Notes: generated by a model from the letters alone, not told the origin. 64,000 nucleotides of DNA from Octopus sinensis (GCF_006345805.1 NC_043011.1:48992464-49056463), one strand, 5' to 3'; positions 23,813 through 37,000 are shown, counted from the first letter of the stretch. Program-made: numbers and translations.

Positions 23813-24033
23813 TGTATATTATATAATATATATATATATGTTATATATATATTATATAATATATATATGTTATATATATGATATATAATATATATATATA
23901 TATATTATATATTATATTATATATATATATATATACATTATATAATAATATATACTATATATATATACATTATATATTATATAATATATATATATATACG
24001 TTCTATATTATATAATATATATATATATATATC
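22545..24033. repeat. TA-rich microsatellite blocks with short SINE fragments (family D head 23434-23539; family E tail stubs 21822-21865 and 23727-23785)
   Basis: Visible repeats; stubs read catcatcatcgttt(a)..gtccgttttccatgctagcatgggtt. Confidence 0.8.
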
Positions 24034-25149
24034 CCGTATGGAGACTCAAGAGCATGATTATGTGTAATTGTATCTTAATGAATGCCACTCGTATATCTGC
24101 TTGGCAATTTCTTGATTTTTTTTCCCCCGTCTTGGAGGATTTCTCCCTATTTCACAATCAGAATCTGTTTAGCCAACGTTGTTATTCTGTTTTTCTTGCC
24201 TATTCTTTTTCCTCTCTTTGTTTTTATATTGTTGCATCTCCATCAATCATTGTTTGGTCCTCATCTACACAAATCTTATTCTGGTTTTACAAATCTTCTA
24301 ACTCTGGTTTTTCTTTATTTCTTGATTAGAAACTCCAGGATATATATATATATATCAAAATCTGTATCACACACACATATCTAATCTGGTCGAAATTGAA
24401 CTACTCTGCAGGTTAGCAGACATTTTACTAAACCAGACACATGTCAATTGTTTTCTCTTTCACTTAATTCTCATTGATTTTGATGTATTGTGGAATAAGT
24501 TTTATACCTAATAAAATATCTATTACAACCACTTCTTGCTTTGAACGGTTTCTGTTATTTGAATGATTTTTAAAATTATCTTTACAATTTCACTTTATTT
24601 AATAAGAACAATGCTATTGGATGTCTACTGGAGTTGCCTTTTGTGAATTATGTAATTTCGTTGCATATGCTACAACACATGCAATCATAATAGCACAATG
24701 CAATCACTAAAGCACAATACTATCCCTACTGCACGTTGCAACTACTAGAGTGCATTGTGATCACTAAAGCACACTGCTATGATTATCTGAGGAATTTCAT
24801 CCGTGTTTCGTGGTCTGCTACCACAACAGCTCCTTGATAGGATCCAGTTAGCTCAAGATATCACCAGGAGGAACTACGTCTGGTTTTGGCCCCTACTCCT
24901 CTACCGTTTTGACGTGGTGGGGCCCCACTTTTGTAGGTGTCTACAGCTCTGGTGTTGGGTGCAAACCTTCTTTCTCTCTTCCCTGGCCTCTTTGATGTAG
25001 CATCAATGCATGTCAGCGGGTGACTGACTGACTTGTCAAATTTTTTTCCTTTAAATACCTGCTGCTAGGCTCCAGCAGGCAGCCCCAGCAAGTTTGTCAT
25101 GTGACACTGTCTGGACTGTCAGCTTGTCTGGTAAGACAACAAAAGAATG

Positions 25150-25450
25150 AAAGAGACCTGATATTATGCAAATAGAGGAATTTATCTGTAAATGTAATGT
25201 GACAATTATTCGGTAGCCATGATAAAACTCCGACTTTCGGATGCTGAAGTAGAAATCTATGCTGCCATCTCTTCAGTTATCCGGCCATCGGAAAAAATGC
25301 TATGAAAATGAAGAGATGGCAGCGTGGATTTCCACCTCGGTATCTGAAACTCGGAGTTTTATATATATACACTCGAATCACAGTAACATCATGTATAATG
25401 GATTAAGCCACATCGTGGAAATTTACAATATTATTCTGGAATGAAACAAT
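25150..25450. mobile_element. PLE-like pLTR with internal inverted duplication
   Basis: Imperfect inverted arms 25222-25275 and 25309-25362, each carrying a hammerhead-like core. Confidence 0.65.
25222..25280 (-). ncRNA. Minimal hammerhead ribozyme, degenerate
   Basis: ATAA CTGAAGA gatg...catc c GAA AGTCGGAGT T TTAT. The mirror copy at 25309-25362 (+) has ACTCGGAGT but lacks C3. Confidence 0.5.
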
Positions 25451-25547
25451 AAATGAGAAATTTTGAAAGGAAATTATAGAAAAAAAAGTTGGTTTATGGT
25501 AATCTTGATATATTTTTCTCCTAAATGTAGTGTTATTTCAAACAATA

Positions 25548-25555
25548 TTCTTCTT

Positions 25556-25639
<84 letters not shown>

Positions 25640-25680
25640 CTATCATTCATTATTATGATTATTAGTATTATTATTATTAT
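25548..25680. repeat. Compound (CTT)n(ATT)n microsatellite
   Basis: Visible repeats. Confidence 0.95.
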
Positions 25681-25951
25681 GTTTTGTTTTATGTTTTCCT
25701 AAATATTGTTTTTATCATATTATTGGTTATTCACAAAATAATATTTTGAAAGATTCTGATTTTTTTTTTTTCATATAATACAAAAAAAAAAATAAAGTTT
25801 AAGTTCTTTGATGTGTCATCACTAATCCGTATTTATATATTTCAGTGCAGTTACTGTGTGCATAAAACTCTATGTGTATATAAAGAGAAGAAGATCTCTT
25901 TCTGTCTCTCTCTATATTCATACATATATATACATTACATATATATATATT

Positions 25952-26181
25952 TTTTCTTTACTACCCACAAGGGGCTACACACAGAAGGGACAAGCAAGGA
26001 CAGACAAACGGAGTAAGTCGATTACATCGACCCCAGTGCGTAACTGGTACTTATTTAATCGACCCCGAAAGGATGAAAGGCAAAGTCGACCTCGGCGGAA
26101 TTTGAACCCAGAACGTAACGGCAGACGAAACACCGCAAAGCATTTCGCCCGGCGTGCTAACGTTTCTGCCAGCTCGCCGCC
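25952..26181 (-). mobile_element. SINE family B, full length, young-looking
   Basis: CpG-rich; colinear with 8572-8803 and 37726-37945. Confidence 0.9.
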
Positions 26182-26664
26182 TACATATATATATTACATA
26201 TATATATTACATATATATTACATTACATATATATATATACACGCATGTATGTATATGTGTCTATTTAAATAAATGTATATATTATGTATGTATTTATTTA
26301 TATGCACATAAATGTGAACACATGTGTATATTTGTGTATTGTAGTCAAAGTTGATTACTTTCTCTATATTAAATAATGACACACGTGATATGAAATATAT
26401 ACACTCTGCTGCATACTGACTATTCTCATATTGCTGGTACCATTGTAATGGTATTCACAAATGTGACATAACACATGAGCACACACACACACAGATATAC
26501 ACGTATATATATACATACATACATATATATATATATATATGTATGATGATGATGATGATGTATGTATGTATGTATATAAAGAAAATCATATTATTTTAGA
26601 TCTTGTATGTATATATTATATAGCTAGGCATATATTCTTATCATCATCATATGCATATATATGT

Positions 26665-26700
<36 letters not shown>

Positions 26701-26835
26701 TTTATACATATATATATGTATACAACACATATATATAATATATATATACATATATATACTTATATGTAGATTATATATATACTCATATGTATTTATGTGT
26801 GTGTGTATATATATGTATGTATATATATATTTATA

Positions 26836-26914
26836 TATAGACAGATAGACAGACAGACAGATAGAGAGAGAGACAGACAGACAGACAGACACACAAACAG
26901 ATAGATAGATAGAT

Positions 26915-26954
<40 letters not shown>

Positions 26955-27030
26955 GTAGATAGATAGATAGATAGATAGATAATTAGATAGATAGATAGAT
27001 AGATAGATAGAGAGATAGATAGATAGATAC

Positions 27031-27063
<33 letters not shown>

Positions 27064-27072
27064 GAGATAAAG

Positions 27073-27136
<64 letters not shown>

Positions 27137-27160
27137 TGATAGATAGATAGATAGATAGAT
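26836..27160. repeat. (GATA)n/(GACA)n microsatellite
   Basis: Visible repeats; others at 32225-32300 and 60195-60330. Confidence 0.97.
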
Positions 27161-27435
27161 ATATTTGGTAGTAGACAGAGAAGGAGACTGGTGGATGAAG
27201 AGCTTTGTGTTATTTGTTTTCTCTATATAATCTGAGTTCAAATTCTGCTTATGTCATATTTTGCCTTTCCTTATCCTGGGGTTGAGAAAACAGAATAAAA
27301 TGGAAATATTGCGATGGAGGTATTCAACTGTTCCTCCCTACCAAATTTTCTGGCCTTGCGCCTCTGTAAGGGATCAATATATTTGTAAATATTTAATTAT
27401 GTATCTATATATGTATCTGGGTAGTAAAAAACACA

Positions 27436-27780
27436 CAGAGGTTTGGCTGTGTGATAAGAAGCTTGCTTACAAACCATATGGTTCTTGAGTTCAGTCCCAC
27501 TGTGTGGCACCTTGGGTAAGTGTCTTCTGACTTGGCTTATGTGCCTCAGATGGACTAAAACCTTGTGAGTGGATTTGGTAAGAAAGAAAGGAACCATAAT
27601 GTACACACAAACACACATACACACATATACACACAAGTGTATATTTATGTGTGTCTGTGTCGATGTGTATCCTCCACGACTATTTAATAACTGGTGTTGG
27701 TGTGTTTATGCATCCATAACTTAGTGGTTCAGCAAAAGAGAATGATAGAATAAGTATCAGGTTTAAAAAAATACTGGGTT
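27436..27780 (+). mobile_element. SINE family A, diverged
   Basis: Head, CORE-like part and part of the tail. Confidence 0.8.
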
Positions 27781-27852
27781 ATATATATATATATATATGA
27801 AATATAACAAGAAAGGGTTGAAAATACATTAAATTTCATATATTTAGCATAT

Positions 27853-28283
27853 ACTCTTTTACTCTTTACTCTTTTACTTGTTTCAGTCATTTGACTGCGG
27901 CCATGCTGGAGCACCGCCTTTAGTCAAGCAAATCGACCCCGGGACTTATTCTTTGTAAGCCCAGTACTTATTCTATCGGTCTCTTTTGCCGAACCGCTAA
28001 GTGACGGGGACGTAAATATACCAGCCAGCATCGGTTGTCAAGCAATGTTAGGGGGACAAACACAGACACACACACACACACACACCACACACACACATAT
28101 ATATATATATATACATATATACGACAGGCTTCTTTCAGTTTCCGTCTACCAAATCCACTCACAAGGCATTGGTCGACCCGGGGCTATAGCAGAAGACACT
28201 TGCCCAAGATGCCACGCAGTGGGACTGAACCCGGAACCATGTGGTTGGTTAGCAAGCTACTTACCACACAGCCACTCCTGCGC
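27853..28283 (-). mobile_element. SINE family A, full length, young-looking
   Basis: CpG-rich and close to the apparent family consensus. Confidence 0.92.
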
Positions 28284-28545
28284 CTATATATATATATGTA
28301 TTTTGTTTCAATCAAACATGTTTTGCTTTTTAACTAAAGGAATAAATTGTTTCCATGTATTTTTATGTATTGATGTAAAAATAACAAAAATGTATTTTCA
28401 CATAAATGCTTTTATACAATTTTTACTGAAATTTTATTAGTACATACTTTCACAAGGTGAGCATTACATAACAGATGAGAAAAAAAGAAAGATAATAAAG
28501 AGGGAGAGAGAAAAGATGACATGTTATTTCAGGATCTGTTAATGT

Positions 28546-28740
28546 CTCTTTTACTTGTTTCAGTCATTTGACTGTGGCCATGATAGAGCACCGTCTTTAG
28601 TCGAGCAAATCGACTCCAGGACTTATTCTTTGTAAGCCTAGTACTTATTCTATTGTTCTCTTTTGCCTAACCACTAAGTTACAGGGATGTAAACATACCA
28701 GCATTGGTTGTCAAGCGATATTGGGTGGGGGACAAACACA

Positions 28741-28790
<50 letters not shown>

Positions 28791-28959
28791 CATATAAACG
28801 ACGGGCTTCTTTCCATTTCAGTCTACCAAATCCCCTCACTCAGCTTTGGTCGACCTCAGGCTATAGTAGAAGACACTTGCTCAAGGTGCCATGCAGTGGG
28901 ACTGAACCCGGAACCATGTGGTTCGTAAGCAAGCTACTTAGCACACAGCCACTCTTACA
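28546..28959 (-). mobile_element. SINE family A, full length
   Basis: Colinear with 27853-28283. Confidence 0.9.
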
Positions 28960-29668
28960 CCTACTGGAAAAGTTTAAATGAATATATTTTCGTGAAAGCT
29001 GCAACCTGAAATAGGTTTTGTACTAGAAAAAAACCCATATTTATCTGACCAGGGTCCAGGCTGTCCCTGCCATTCAGCTTATACACACACATACATACAC
29101 ACACATATATTTATGTATTTGTGTGTGTGTATGTGTGTTTGTATACAAACATGCATAGAGACACACAAATACATACACACTCACAGACTCACATATACAG
29201 CTTCTGTACCTAAATAATAAATTCACATTTATAACAATAAACGCGACACTTGGTTTTGTGAGCAAATGTTAATTTTGAAAAGCTGGAGTTTCAGAAAAAA
29301 AAATCACTCAGCTAACATGAACAGTAGAAGCACAATCTGTAATATGTGTGACTTTCCTCAATTTCAACATATGGTATTGCTTTTGTATCTACCTTCCAAT
29401 GATAGAGACTAGTATATTTGTAAAAACCAGTTCCTTCCTTATGGAATGATTTCAAATAATAAAAAGTGGAATGGGACATCCAAACATATATAAATAAATC
29501 TGTTCCCAAGTCTTTTTCTATATATCACCAAAATATACTGCTGTTATGCACAGTATGTATAGATTAATATACTAAAGAAGCAGAGGCATGTATATAGACA
29601 TGGCCTATTTTATGATATTTTTATACCTGTGTTCATATATAAGTATGTGTGCATATATATATTTATAT

Positions 29669-29700
<32 letters not shown>

Positions 29701-29898
29701 ATATATATAAATCCTTAAAATCCTTAAAAATGTTTTAGCCCGAAGGCCGCGGCCATGCTGGGGCACCACCGCTGTATATATATAAAATATTAATCTTAGG
29801 GAATAAAGGGATTTATGTATTAGCTATAGCCTTGTTAAACACCCCACCAGTGCAGAAACATGCTCAGCATTGATTAGAAATACCTTCTTTTCTCACAG

Positions 29899-29909
29899 AC
29901 TAATAACAG
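29899..29909 (+). CDS. Candidate 11-nt microexon (ACTAATAACAG)
   Basis: ccttcttttctcacag acceptor and CAG|gtaagc donor, both strong. Confidence 0.35.
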
Positions 29910-30318
29910 GTAAGCTATATATATTTTTCTCAAATAATTTTATTGTATTTTATAGTAGGTTTTTTAACTGCTTATTTTGTTTTATTGGATATAACTTTCT
30001 ATATGTATTCCATACAATAAAGTTATCCTGAAATAGGAGTTGCAGTTCTATTTGAAAAGTCCCAATTTTGTAAAATATATATATATATGCTAGCATCTGG
30101 TTTTGCAGCAATTTCAACTAGTAACCCTTGCTTCTGCATGTTGCTTGCAAAAATAAATCTACACACGGATGCATGCACACAGTCACACACACACACATAC
30201 ATATATATAGTTCTTATGAGAGCATGAAATTATTTTATCATTTATTTCTTAGTTGTGATCAGCACAAACGAAACCGGAGGATGATTTAAATATTTTCTCC
30301 CTTAAAAATATGTGTATC

Positions 30319-30721
30319 TCTCTTTTACTCTTTCACTTGTTCCAGTCATTTGACTGCGGCCATGCTGGAGCACCACCTTTTTTTAGTCGAGCAAATCGAC
30401 CCCAGGACTTGTTCTTTGTAAGCCTAGTACTTATTCTATTGGTCTCTTTTGCTGAACTGCTAAGTAACGGGGACATAAACATACCAGCATCAGTTGTCAA
30501 GTGATGTTGGGGGGACAAACACAGACACACACATAAATATATATATATATATATATATACGACAGGCTTCTTTCAGTTTCCGTTAACTAAATCCACTCAT
30601 GAGGCTTTGGTCGGCCCGAGGCCATAGTAGAAGACACTTTCCCAAGGTGCCACGCAGTGGGACTGAACCCGGAACCGTGTGGTTGGTAAGCAAGCTATTT
30701 ATCACACACCCACTCCTGCGC
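30319..30721 (-). mobile_element. SINE family A, full length
   Basis: Colinear with other copies. Confidence 0.9.
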
Positions 30722-30949
30722 ATATGTGTGTGTGCGTTTATATTCTGAGCAGTTTCCTTTTTATATTTTTCCCATTCACCACGTGGGGAAAAAGTTTATC
30801 ATCAAAGTTCTTTTCTATGTGTGTATGTATATATATAGGTATGTACGTATGGATGTATGGATATAAGTATGTATATATATATATATATATATATGTATGT
30901 ACGTAGATATGTATACATGTATGTACGTATGTATTTATGTATAATTGCT

Positions 30950-31200
30950 ACAAGCATAGGATACTAGATAACTGACTGCTGACCCTGAGTTCAAATGCTA
31001 CTTCTGTTATAACCTTGAGCAAGGCACATAACCCTCCTTGTTATAATTCGCTTCACCAAACAAATTACAAGCACCAATACATTTAACAGACAATTGCTCA
31101 GTAGTAAGAAAGAGCTTCCAACCAACTGTAAAAAATAATTGCTCCAAGAAATAAAACATCTCATATGACCCTGCAAGAATGGAGAAGACTAATCTTAAAC
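30950..31200 (+). mobile_element. Old CORE-like SINE, separate family
   Basis: B-box-like gagttcaaat followed by ccttgagcaaggcacataaccctcc. Confidence 0.45.
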
Positions 31201-31637
31201 AGAAACATGTACATAAATATATAAACACATATACACATACATACAAACAAAATAAGCATATATATGTGTATATATGCATGTATGTATGCGTGTATATACT
31301 TATGCATGTATGTGTGCGGTTATGTATGTGTATGTGTGTGTATATATATATTCGATTGATTGATTGATTCGATTGATTCTAGTTTCAGCTCATGAGCTGT
31401 GGCCATGCTGGGGCACCGATATATATATATATATATATATGCATATGTATATATATATATGTGTGTATATATATATATACATTCACACAAATATACAAAT
31501 ATGTTTATATATCTGTATCCACAAACACACATATATACATATGTGTGAGTGTGTGTATGTGTGTGTGTGAGTGTCTGTGTATACCAAACTAACCTCTAAA
31601 TAGAGTGAAAGATTTTGAATTCATCAAAATAGGTGAC

Positions 31638-31668
<31 letters not shown>

Positions 31669-32041
31669 ATGTGTACATATATATATAAATATATACATAT
31701 TCATGTGTGCTTTTGTGTGTATACAAATGACCATATATGTGTAGACACATACACACACATACACACACATACACATGCATAGCCACAAACACACACACAC
31801 ATGATATAATATATATGTAGCATGGTATAATTATAAACAGGGCAAATTATAGCCCTGTTCATAATTATACCAGGTATAGATGGACGTGAGGCCACAGCTC
31901 TTAATATGGGATCACAGCTATGGGATCAAAGAGCTGTGGGTTTGAGTCCCATCTACACGAAAACCCTACTTTTTTTAGTGATAGCAGATTTGGTGGGAGA
32001 GGTACAGTCACACAGACACATAATTATACACATATATATTT

Positions 32042-32199
32042 TCGAGGGGCTTCTTTCACTTTTCGTCAGCCAAATCTACTCACAAGGCTTTGGTTGGCCC
32101 AAGGCTATATTAGAGAACACTTGCCCAAGGTGCCATGCAGTGGGACTGAGCCTGGAACCATATGGTAGAGAAGCAAGCTTCTTACCACACAGCCACACC
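32042..32199 (-). mobile_element. SINE family A, 5' half
   Basis: Matches the family A head. Confidence 0.82.
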
Positions 32200-32242
32200 A
32201 TATATATGTATATATATATATATATATTATATATATAGATAG

Positions 32243-32290
<48 letters not shown>

Positions 32291-32984
32291 GGATGGATAG
32301 ACATATATATATTATATATATATATATATACACACGTATATGTATTTATATATATACAGATATATATATATATATTATCTATATTTATACACAGATATAT
32401 CTATATGTATCTATTATCTATATAGCTATATATATATACATACACATACAAAATATATATCTATGTAATGTAATAATGTTGTTTTCATGAAATAATAAAA
32501 AAGAATATGGTCTCACTGTGCACCTGTGTTTGTGTGCTGTGTCTTTACCTGGTAAATTTATTACATCTGTGTATATATATTATATATATATATATATATA
32601 TATCTTTCTGTATGTATTTATAAATGCTTCCCTTGAATGAAGAAAAAAAGAATTCTTTGAAATAATATTTATCAATCATAATAATGAAGATTATCGCTAC
32701 TACTACTACTACTACTACTACCACCAATACCGTCGTCTTTTTTTTTTCTTCATTATTATTACTTTTATTAATGGGAGGGAAAGGTTTAATATTTGCTGAT
32801 AATTTAGCAAAAAGTGTATTTCAGAAGGAAAATCAAAGGATTCGTGTATCTAATCAGAAACATAAACATTAAATGTAGCTGTGAGCATGTGATAGTTGGG
32901 GTAGATGAAAAGAAAGCTAGATGGAAATACTCTTTTATCTCACACTGATTTCAATCAAATATTTACTTGCTTTCTTCTTCTAAT

Positions 32985-32985
32985 G

Positions 32986-33035
<50 letters not shown>

Positions 33036-33215
33036 TGATAATAATGATGATAATAACAATGATAATAATGATAATGATGATGATGATGATGATGATTGAT
33101 GTTGATGATGATAGTAACGACAACAAAAAGAACAACAAGAGTAGTAGAAGTAGTGGCAGCAGTATTGTTATTAGGGGTGGTGGTGGTGGTGGTGGTGGTG
33201 GTGATGGTGGTGTTG
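32985..33215. repeat. Compound (AAT)/(GAT)/(GGT) trinucleotide tract
   Basis: Visible repeats; (AAT)n also at 33743-33800. Confidence 0.93.
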
Positions 33216-33322
33216 GTGAGGTCTTTATTTTTCCCTGGAGCAGCAAAAATACGCTAAATGCTAAAATGTTTCATGTGCATATATATGTATATGTGTGTGT
33301 GTGTAAAATTATATAGATATAT

Positions 33323-33374
<52 letters not shown>

Positions 33375-33392
33375 TCATATATACATATATGC

Positions 33393-33426
<34 letters not shown>

Positions 33427-33439
33427 TATACATACACAC

Positions 33440-33475
<36 letters not shown>

Positions 33476-33529
33476 AACATTTTATATATACACACACACA
33501 CACATATATATATAACATATATATATATT

Positions 33530-33567
<38 letters not shown>

Positions 33568-33742
33568 TATATAAAAATATATTATATATTATATATATAA
33601 TTATATATTGAAATACGAGTCATGTTCCCATAAATAGTCTTGTGTGGTGTGTGTTATACACACACATCTACACATGAAGTGGTATAGATGTGACACTGGT
33701 AATATACACATAGCAGTTATCTAAAGTGTGTGACAGACATCC

Positions 33743-33800
<58 letters not shown>

Positions 33801-34254
33801 GTGATCATGATCCTCCCCAACCAAAAGAATAAAGGAATGCCATAGGGACGAGATATGAAAAAGTGCCAGTGTTTTTTTTATTGGTATATCCAAATAACAT
33901 TACGAGAGCCACACCATGGAGATTTAACATGGGAAAATGTTTCTTTTGGCTGCTCCAGAAATTATCCAATAGCAGTGATTAAAAATAATGAATGAAATAA
34001 AAGTATCAAAACTGATGTAATAACAGCTTAATATTGGGAAAAATTATTGAGCATTACCTCATATGTTTAATGTAGTCAAGACACTCATACCGGTTTGTGA
34101 TCTGATAGCTTGTGTAAACACACAGCTGAAGCACGGTTCATCTCATCATCAGACCAATTCCACCGTTAAACAATAAAACATTGTAAAACAGAAATAAAAA
34201 AAAAAGACCATTATATTCTGGTTATGTTGGTTGAAAAATGTGTATTTTGAATCT

Positions 34255-34450
34255 ACAAGGGGTGCTGTAAAGTTTCTGGCTATGTGTAAAAGGAAATACA
34301 GGAGGATCAGTTAATTATGATTTTATTCAACATATTCCCCTCTCAGATTTACACAATTATTGCAGCATTCTTTCAGTCTTTCTAAGCCCTGTAAAATAAC
34401 TCGAAATGTTGGGCATCCAGCCAGCCCTTTCGTGATACCCTTAAACCAGG
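34255..34450 (-). mobile_element. mariner-derived MITE, copy 1
   Basis: TA then TIR-like caaggggtgctgtaaagtt; reverse strand keeps the last transposase codons (NLRGEYVE*). Confidence 0.65.
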
Positions 34451-34507
34451 AACTTATCAACATCTCTTGTGTGTGTATGTGTGTGGTGTGTGTGTATGTG
34501 GTATATA

Positions 34508-34552
<45 letters not shown>

Positions 34553-34561
34553 ATAATATTT

Positions 34562-34897
34562 TCTTTTAGTTGTTTGTCATTTGACTATGGCCATGCTGGG
34601 GTACCGTCTTTAGTCACGCAAATCAACCCCAGAACTTATTCTTTGTAAGCTTAGTACCTACTCTATCAGTCTTCTTTTGCCAAACTGCAAATTTACGGGG
34701 ATGCAAACACACCAGCATCGGTTGTCTAGTGATGTTGTGGGGGAACAAACATAAACATATATTATATATATACAGCGGGCTTTGGTCAGCCCGAGGTTAT
34801 AGTAGAAGACGCTTGCCCAAGGTGCCACACAGTGGGACTGAACCTGGAGCCATGTAGTTGGTAAGCAAGCTATTTACCACACAGCCACTCCTGTGCC
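34562..34897 (-). mobile_element. SINE family A with internal deletion
   Basis: Tail and head present; middle shortened. Confidence 0.85.
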
Positions 34898-34914
34898 TAT
34901 ATATATATATATAT

Positions 34915-35122
34915 ATGGGGAGGCTGAAATGATTCTGGTTGTGAGTAAAAGATAATACAGAAGGATCATTTATGATTTTATTCAACATATTCCCCTCTCA
35001 GATCCACATGCTTATTGTAGTGCTCCTTCAGTTTTTCTAAACCCTGTATAAGAACTCACAAGGTTAGACCTCTGACCAGGCCATTTGCAATACCTTTAAA
35101 GCCACAAACTTTTTGTAAGCCT
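34915..35122 (-). mobile_element. mariner-derived MITE, copy 2
   Basis: Shares tatgattttattcaacatattcccctctcagat with copy 1. Confidence 0.65.
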
Positions 35123-35307
35123 TAAAAAGTTTGTAAAGTGAAATGTGTAAAACTTGTAAACACCTGAAGCAAATAAGCTGGTGCCAAACTAAAATAATGA
35201 TAGCCTAAATAAAGAGCCAATATTTGTTCCTCAAGTCTTCCAAATAAATAACAAAATACTTAAATGGTCATGAGATGAATAATTCTATATTCTACTGATA
35301 TATTTAA

Positions 35308-35712
35308 CCCATTAGCATTCATATTACTTTTCCAAATGTAATGCTTACTCATTTACATTTTTTAAAATTTACCATGCATTATCTTGCAGCTTGGAGATGT
35401 AGATGATGTAACTGTTTATTTTTAGAATGACATTGTTGAGAAAGTATGAGAGGCCAGATCTGGGCAGTTTGAAAAACCAGTGGGAAAATGTTTGGGCTGG
35501 ATATGGCTGCTTTAACCCTCTAGTATTCAGATTAATTTTCTAAATGAAATGCTTATTCATTCAAAACTAATTTGAATTAATGAAACATTATCTTGTAGCT
35601 TTAATCATACATTATCTTGTAGAGTAGGAGCAAGAGATCAGATCTGATTTGTTTCAACCTAAAACAGGTAGAATATTGGTACCTGATAAGGCCAGTTTAT
35701 ATGCAAAAGGGG
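35308..35712. mobile_element. Two family P1 piggyBac-type MITEs joined at a TTAA
   Basis: TTAA|cccattagcattc at 35304; second TTAA|ccctctagtattc at 35512; last end atgcaaaagggg. Confidence 0.65.
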
Positions 35713-35899
35713 CGAGTTATAATAAGTCTCTATCCACCCCACAAAAAGAAAAAAAAATTGAATTAAATTATGACAATATATTCATGTAAAATTTGGAAGG
35801 AAACTAAACTTCATACAGACATAACATTAGACATCCCAAGAGAGTAGCTAATTTAAGATATATTCTTGAAGTCACTTCATCACCAAATAGAATAAAAAA

Positions 35900-37000
35900 T
35901 CAGAGATCAAAATAGAACAGTTAGAGAAAAAAAGATCATGTAATGAAAACACAAATGACGAATACAAATTAAGAAGCAGAATTTAAAACCTTGATAATGT
36001 AAATCACGAAGGTGACATCAGCGACTGAAGTAGAAAAAAACAGAACTTGAGCCAAACCCTAGAACAATAACGGACAAAAAAAAAAAAAAAAATAAAAGCA
36101 AACCAGAACAACACAAAAAAATAAACCAATTTGTGAAAGGGTATATGGGGTACATTAAAGAATAGGAAATTCTAAGGATGGGAATCATGAACATGACTAT
36201 CTATAGGGGGGAACAATCAAAGAACCAAAAAACAATAGGTAATCTCTCTAAGGAATAATGAAAGTTCCTCCCAAGGATAAAAGTTAATGATAAAATAGCA
36301 ACAACAAAAATCGCAAAAATGGCCATCAGAAACTTAATGAAAACTGTCACGAACATCAATATCATCAATATCATGATATTAAATATTGTATGTAGAAGGA
36401 ACCATCGTAGTCATAGAAGGAAGCGATTATTCCCTCAGATCTACTGGCATAAGAATATTGAAACACAAGTGAACGACATGAAAAACAAACATACAGAAAA
36501 AAAGGGTGTAAAATAAAGGAAAAGATTGTAAGGTCCTTAATGAAATCAATGAAGGAACAACACAATTGAATTTCTTAAAAAAAGAACCATGAAGAAAAAA
36601 TATTATTGTGATAGAAATGTAGCATAAAATACCAAAACAGAAAATAAAGAATTATCCTGAATTAAAGAACTCTTGAAACTAGAGATTCTGGCTAAATTGC
36701 AAAAAAAAAGCCATTGGTGCAGAAAAAGTGATAGAGATTCTTTTAATAGAACAAATAGTTTGACTTGAACCCGAAGCAATTTTTATCAAGAGTAAGTGGA
36801 AATAAATTAGAAATCAATTCCAAACCAAACAGAATCAGAAGTAAAAGAATTTTGGTGGGGATTATGAGCCATGAAGAAATCAGCAGAGTTGACATTTTTT
36901 CCAAACAAGGAACATAGCACCTGCACAGACATAGGAGGCCATAAAGTAACCTAGATAGTGTAGAAAAGAAAAGAGAAGGCACTACAACATGATAAGAATG
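35900..37000 (+). pseudogene. Highly decayed non-LTR retrotransposon ORF, R4/Dong-like pre-RT region
   Basis: A-rich strand; frameshifted RKSDRDSFNRTNS / FDLNPKQF / GNKLEINSKPN / EVKEFWWG at 36721-36865 resembles the R4-clade RQNxxFxxNQKxFY...P...E.KxFW motif. Confidence 0.4.

Noticed and set aside
24035-24340. A-rich coding-like stretch on the minus strand
   Set aside because: Stops in the frames I read and no recognisable motif; possibly a LINE remnant, but unsupported.
32545-32575. 18-nt minus-strand microexon (DVINLP)
   Set aside because: The acceptor is preceded by (TA)n rather than a pyrimidine tract.
34085-34155. Hammerhead-like CTGATGA...CAAACCGGTA on the minus strand
   Set aside because: G12 is replaced by C and stem I does not pair; at best a dead relic.
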